From assembly GCA_965226375.1 (NCBI GenBank), contig CBDDCX010000006.1:224001-288000 (forward strand): a stretch of 64,000 nt of DNA, given 5' to 3'. This DNA is from Longimicrobiales bacterium. GTDB lineage: Bacteria > Gemmatimonadota > Gemmatimonadetes > Longimicrobiales > Gaopeijiaceae. This document shows positions 61,327 through 64,000 of this stretch, one piece after another. The stretch's first letter is position 1. Every line of letters begins with the position of its first letter. The notes under the pieces were generated by a model that was not told the origin of the DNA, did no database searches, and saw nothing but the letters and a program-made list of their open reading frames with translations. Made by a program: the position numbers and the translations under genes.

Positions 61327-62142
61327 ACCACATCGATCGATACAGAAGCCCGGCCCGAGATCTTCGCAACCGACGATGCTCTGCATATGGGGGGGCGGCG
61401 GTTCGACTCCCGCCTGTTCGTGGGGACCGGCAAGTACGCGGACAACGACACCATGGTGGCGGCGATCAGGGCGTCGGGAACGGCCATGGTCACCGTGGCC
61501 GTGCGCCGGGTCGATCTGGATCGCACCAAGGAGGAGGGCATTCTCTTCCACCTGGATCCCGACGAGTTCTTCCTGCTCCCGAACACCGCCGGTTGCTACA
61601 CGGCCGAAGACGCTATCCGCTACGCCCGTTTGGCCAGGGCGGCGGGCTTCAGCGAGTGGCTGAAGCTCGAGGTGATCGGCGATGAGACCACCCTCCTGCC
61701 CGACACACAAGCCACGGTAGAGGCCGCCAAGACGTTGGTCGACGAAGGCTTCAAAATCATGGCCTACACCAACGACGACGTGATCACGGCCCTACGGCTC
61801 GAGGACGTCGGGTGCGTGGCCGTCATGCCCCTCGCCAGTCCTATCGGTAGTGGGCTGGGCGTGGTGAACCCGTACTTCATCCGTGAGATCAAGCGGCGTT
61901 GCGAGGTGCCCATCATCGTCGACGCCGGTGTGGGTACGGCATCCGACGCTTGCGTCACCATGGAGCAGGGAGTGGACGGGGTGCTGATGAACACGGCCAT
62001 CGCCGCTGCCGATGATCCGGTCGCCATGGCCCGCGCCATGCGGTTGGCCATTCAGGCGGGCCGGTTGGCCTATCTCGCGGGGCGCATGGAGGCCAAAGAG
62101 ATCGCGATTCCGTCATCTCCCACCCGGGGGATGCTGGACTGA
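61324..62142 (+). CDS. thiG: Thiazole synthase
   Basis: SRLFVGTGKY, TVAVRR, LPNTAGC, KLEVIGD, MPLASPIGSG.G, VDAGVGTASDA. Confidence 0.98.
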   Translation: MTTSIDTEARPEIFATDDALHMGGRRFDSRLFVGTGKYADNDTMVAAIRASGTAMVTVAVRRVDLDRTKEEGILFHLDPDEFFLLPNTAGCYTAEDAIRYARLARAAGFSEWLKLEVIGDETTLLPDTQATVEAAKTLVDEGFKIMAYTNDDVITALRLEDVGCVAVMPLASPIGSGLGVVNPYFIREIKRRCEVPIIVDAGVGTASDACVTMEQGVDGVLMNTAIAAADDPVAMARAMRLAIQAGRLAYLAGRMEAKEIAIPSSPTRGMLD

Positions 62143-62176
62143 GCCCGCTCTTCGACGCCCCGCCGGCTCTGGAGCC

Positions 62177-63520
62177 GTGACGTCCCCCGAGTCCGGGACG
62201 GGGGTGACGCCCGCCCGGCAGGCGGCGCTGGAGATGCTCACCGCGGTCAAGCGCGGCCAGCGCGTGGACCGGGCCTTTGCCGATTCGGCGCGTGACCTCG
62301 ACCCCCGCGAACGAGCGTGGTGCCGTGAGTTGGTGTACGGCGTCCAGCGCCTTCGCGGCCGTCTCGACTATCTGCTTGACCGGAGGGTTCGGAGGGGACT
62401 CGATTCTGTAGCCCCCGAGGTGCTCGACGTCCTCCGACTGGGCGTGTATCAGATCCTTTACATGGACGGCGTACCGGAATATGCGGCCGTGTCTCAGACC
62501 GTGGACCTGGCCCGGGCGGTGGGAGGTAAGGGTGCGGCGGGGTTCGTAAACGCCATCATGCGAGCGACCGTTCGCGAGAGACCGGGCCAAGAGCACTTCC
62601 CGGACTTCGAGTCCGACCCGGCAGGTTTTCTGTCCACATGGGGATCACACCCCCGGTGGATCGTGGAACGCTGGCTCGCTCGATGGTCGGCGGCGGAGGT
62701 CCGCCGGCTGGTCGACGCGAACAATGAGGTGCCTCCCATCTACCTGCGGTGTCTCCGGGACACGCCTGAGGATGCCACCAAGATCCTTGCCGACGCCGGG
62801 TTGGAGGCGGAGCCGGTGGGTTCTGGCACGGGATGTGTAGTGCTCCTCGGGGGATCCTCTCCCGTCGATGCCATGAGTGTGGTTCCGTCCGTGGTGCAGG
62901 ATCCGGCAGCGGCCCTGGTGGTGCCCTACGCGGATCCCCGGCCCGGTGATCGAGTGGCCGACTTGTGCGCGGCGCCGGGAGGGAAGGCTATGGCCGTGGC
63001 AGCTCGGGGGAACGTGGTGGTGGCGGCCGACCGATCCCTCGAACGCTTGAGGCTGGTACGGGGAAACGTGCGCAGACTCGCAGCCCGACCCTGGGCGGGG
63101 TCGAGCTTTACGGTGTCGTTGGTGCAGGCCGACGCTCTGGCCCCCGTTGTGGAGGGCGCCGACATGGCTCTGCTCGACGTGCCCTGTACGGGGACCGGAA
63201 CCCTCCGGAGGAATCCGGACGCACGTTGGAAGCTCACGCCCGAGCGGCTGGGCGAGTTGGTGGATCTTCAGGAGGGCATCCTGGAGGCGTGCACGAGCGT
63301 AGTACCTCGTGGAGGTCGTTTGGTGTACTCCACGTGTAGCTTGGAACCGGAGGAGAATGAGGACCGGATCTCGGCGTTTTTGGAGCGGCATCCGGAGTTC
63401 GAGTTGGAACCGAGCTCGGGTATAGACGAGGCGTATCTGAATGAGTGGGGCCAGCTCTACGTGCTGCCCCAGGAGTACGGGTTCGACGGTGCTTACGCGG
63501 CCCGACTGAGAAAGCGATGA
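62177..63520 (+). CDS. rsmB: 16S rRNA m5C967 methyltransferase RsmB/Sun
   Basis: NusB-like N-terminus (LRLGVYQI, FVNAIMR); SHPRW, DLCAAPGGK, DVPCTGTG, YSTCS. Confidence 0.93.
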   Translation: MTSPESGTGVTPARQAALEMLTAVKRGQRVDRAFADSARDLDPRERAWCRELVYGVQRLRGRLDYLLDRRVRRGLDSVAPEVLDVLRLGVYQILYMDGVPEYAAVSQTVDLARAVGGKGAAGFVNAIMRATVRERPGQEHFPDFESDPAGFLSTWGSHPRWIVERWLARWSAAEVRRLVDANNEVPPIYLRCLRDTPEDATKILADAGLEAEPVGSGTGCVVLLGGSSPVDAMSVVPSVVQDPAAALVVPYADPRPGDRVADLCAAPGGKAMAVAARGNVVVAADRSLERLRLVRGNVRRLAARPWAGSSFTVSLVQADALAPVVEGADMALLDVPCTGTGTLRRNPDARWKLTPERLGELVDLQEGILEACTSVVPRGGRLVYSTCSLEPEENEDRISAFLERHPEFELEPSSGIDEAYLNEWGQLYVLPQEYGFDGAYAARLRKR

Positions 63521-63536
63521 GGCGAGAGCGGCGGGG

Positions 63537-64000
63537 ATGAGACTAGGAAGCTCGATTCGACAAAGGCGCGGCGGCGGGAAGCTTCGTCTGGAATCCATCC
63601 GCACCTGGTGGCGGGGCGTGCGGAGCTATAGGCCCACGCCCGGTACCTGGGGCGTGGTGGCCTCTGTGCTGTTGGTGGGGTTCGGACTCGGTTACCTGCT
63701 CTCCACACGAGTCCTCTTTCCCGTTCCCGCCCGCCCCCGAGACCTCGTCGAGGTCCCGGATGTCCGCGGCGTCGACCGTTCTGCCGCGCTGGAAGCGGTG
63801 CGCGCTGCAGGGCTCCGGATGGCGGTTGTGGATTCGTTCAGCCATCCGATAGCGGTCCGAGGCGAGGTGCTGGGCCAGAGCCCCTTGGCCGGCCAACTCT
63901 CCGTTGCCGGTGACACAGTCCGTCTCACGGTGAGCCTCGGTCCGGTCCGGCGGCCGGTGCCCGACGTTGTCCGGCTCAGGGCGGAGAGGGCCCGTGACGT
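63537..64000 (+). CDS. PASTA-domain membrane protein (runs off the window)
   Basis: Open frame from ATG 63537: TM segment, then VEVPDVRG...A...AGL...G.V..QSP.AG...V.L.VS.G...VPDV. Confidence 0.85.
   Translation, partial: MRLGSSIRQRRGGGKLRLESIRTWWRGVRSYRPTPGTWGVVASVLLVGFGLGYLLSTRVLFPVPARPRDLVEVPDVRGVDRSAALEAVRAAGLRMAVVDSFSHPIAVRGEVLGQSPLAGQLSVAGDTVRLTVSLGPVRRPVPDVVRLRAERARD

Overview
GC-rich bacterial chromosome segment; the gene content (PadR-ADOP permease pairs, DUF5916 proteins, Ser/Thr kinase, TPR proteins) suggests Gemmatimonadota or a similar lineage, which is an inference. Core genes flank the window: queA on the left and tgt-yajC-def-fmt-thiE-thiS-thiG-rsmB-PASTA on the right. About 56 kb of accessory DNA lies between queA and tgt, which are commonly adjacent. 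The most striking element is at about 2.5-9.1 kb. A 3' remnant of a tyrosine recombinase (minus strand, ending ...YTHVS...GIRSPLD) sits divergently from co-oriented gene cassettes, each followed by a conserved ~155-bp palindromic site (three complete, one truncated). The sites have attC-like TAAC...GTTA ends but non-canonical geometry, with a covarying side hairpin. The recombinase remnant does not show the IntI-type RRHH segment, so this looks like a decaying, non-canonical integron-like system. Cassette cargo is a TPR remnant, the mobile mystery protein A/B pair, an adenylate/guanylate cyclase, and an isochorismatase split by an IS3-like element. The rest of the accessory region holds two apparently identical IS256 copies, a CzcCBA-type efflux operon preceded by a RAPP-ending reading frame, a BioY-M14 peptidase fusion, many secreted peptidases and oxidoreductases, a TetR module with clear operators, and several short tandem repeats. 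Many single-base frameshifts could be either pseudogenisation or long-read assembly errors.
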